This document shows positions 63,100 through 64,000 of a stretch of DNA of 64,000 bases, one piece after another. Source of the stretch: Octopus vulgaris (lineage: Eukaryota); contig OX597839.1 of the NCBI GenBank assembly GCA_951406725.2, positions 9,486,001 through 9,550,000 of the forward strand, written 5' to 3'. The translations under genes were made by a program, and so were the position numbers. Each line of letters begins with the position of its first letter. The stretch's first letter is position 1. The notes below the pieces were generated by a model. That model had not been told where the DNA came from, ran no database searches, and was given only the letters and a program-made list of their open reading frames with translations.

Positions 63100-64000
63100 G
63101 TAAGTCCGGTATCTTGTAACTTTACCTTTCATCCACCCAGAAGTTCATAAATTATGTGCTAATCAGGTCTTGTGTATCAATATAATATTCCTCTTCCCTG
63201 AATTCATGGCTTTGTGCTTGGTTGCGAGCTGGTAGAATTATTAGAGCTCTAGAAAAAAAAATGTTTTATGGTATTTGTTTTGGCTCTTTATATTTTGGGT
63301 TCAAATTTTGCTGAGTTAAAATTTCCTTTTTTGTCCCTTCAAGGTTAATAAAATACAGTAACAGGTAGTTATTGGGTCAATGTTATCAACTAATCCCGCC
63401 ACATAAAATTTCTGGCCATATACCTGTATTAGAAACAATTATGATTTGCAGAATCATTGGAACATCGCCATGCAGTATTCTAGCTCTGGCAGAATCGTCA
63501 GCACGCCAGGCAAAATGCTTAGCAGCATTTCATCTATTTTTAGGATCTGACTTCAAATTCTGCTGAGGCCAACTTTGCCTGTAATCCCTTTGGGGTTAAT
63601 CCTCCAACCAAGCCTTTTGTGATACCCTTAAAGCCAGGAACTTTTCAGCACACCCTCATGTTTATATATATATATATATATGTGACCTCGTGAGCACCGC
63701 CAGCAATTTTTTTTCCTCTGTCTTCCCTTCTCGGGATCTTTCCTTCTCCTTTGTTTCTGACAAAGAGCTCCAATAATACTTTATTTGTTCCACGTCCTCG
63801 CGTTGCTGTTTTTTTTGTGTTTTCTTGTTTGTATTAACTATATATATATATGGGGGCGAGGTGCTGAAAATTCCTGGTTTCGGGTAAAAGAAAATACAGG
63901 AGGATCAGTTAATTATGATTTTATTCAACATGTTCCCTTCTCAGATTCACACACCCATTGCAATGGTTATCAGAAGGTTGGGCCTCCAACCAGGCCTTTT

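Noticed and set aside
63680-63840. Hammerhead-like CTGACAAAGAGCTC fragment
   Set aside because: The core is mutated and GAAA/stem III are missing, so it cannot be supported.

Overview
Eukaryotic, AT-rich, repeat-dense genomic DNA; the tRNA-derived SINE families and microsatellite load suggest a coleoid cephalopod such as Octopus (inference). The only host gene I can support is the 5' half of a class IA PI3-kinase catalytic subunit (PIK3CA/p110alpha orthologue) on the + strand. Nine core coding exons (33188-63099) join in frame and cover the adaptor-binding, Ras-binding and C2 domains plus the start of the helical domain; the gene continues past the window. A non-coding first exon and promoter probably lie at about 9.3-10.2 kb. 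The rest is intronic or intergenic DNA filled with SINEs, MITEs, a Helitron and decayed Gypsy, mariner/maT, R4-like, RTE and Penelope-like elements. Three things stand out. (1) A frame-preserving 57-nt Lys/Glu-rich candidate cassette exon falls in the polybasic C2 loop of p110alpha, directly downstream of a ~3.9-kb 20-bp minisatellite built from YCAY and UCUU motifs that forms a ~4-kb AG-free zone. (2) Several minimal hammerhead ribozymes are present, including a family with a compensatory C3G/G8C core swap and one in the tail of a tRNA-headed SINE. (3) Duplicated splice acceptors lie upstream of two exons. The very long ORFs in the minisatellite are artefacts.
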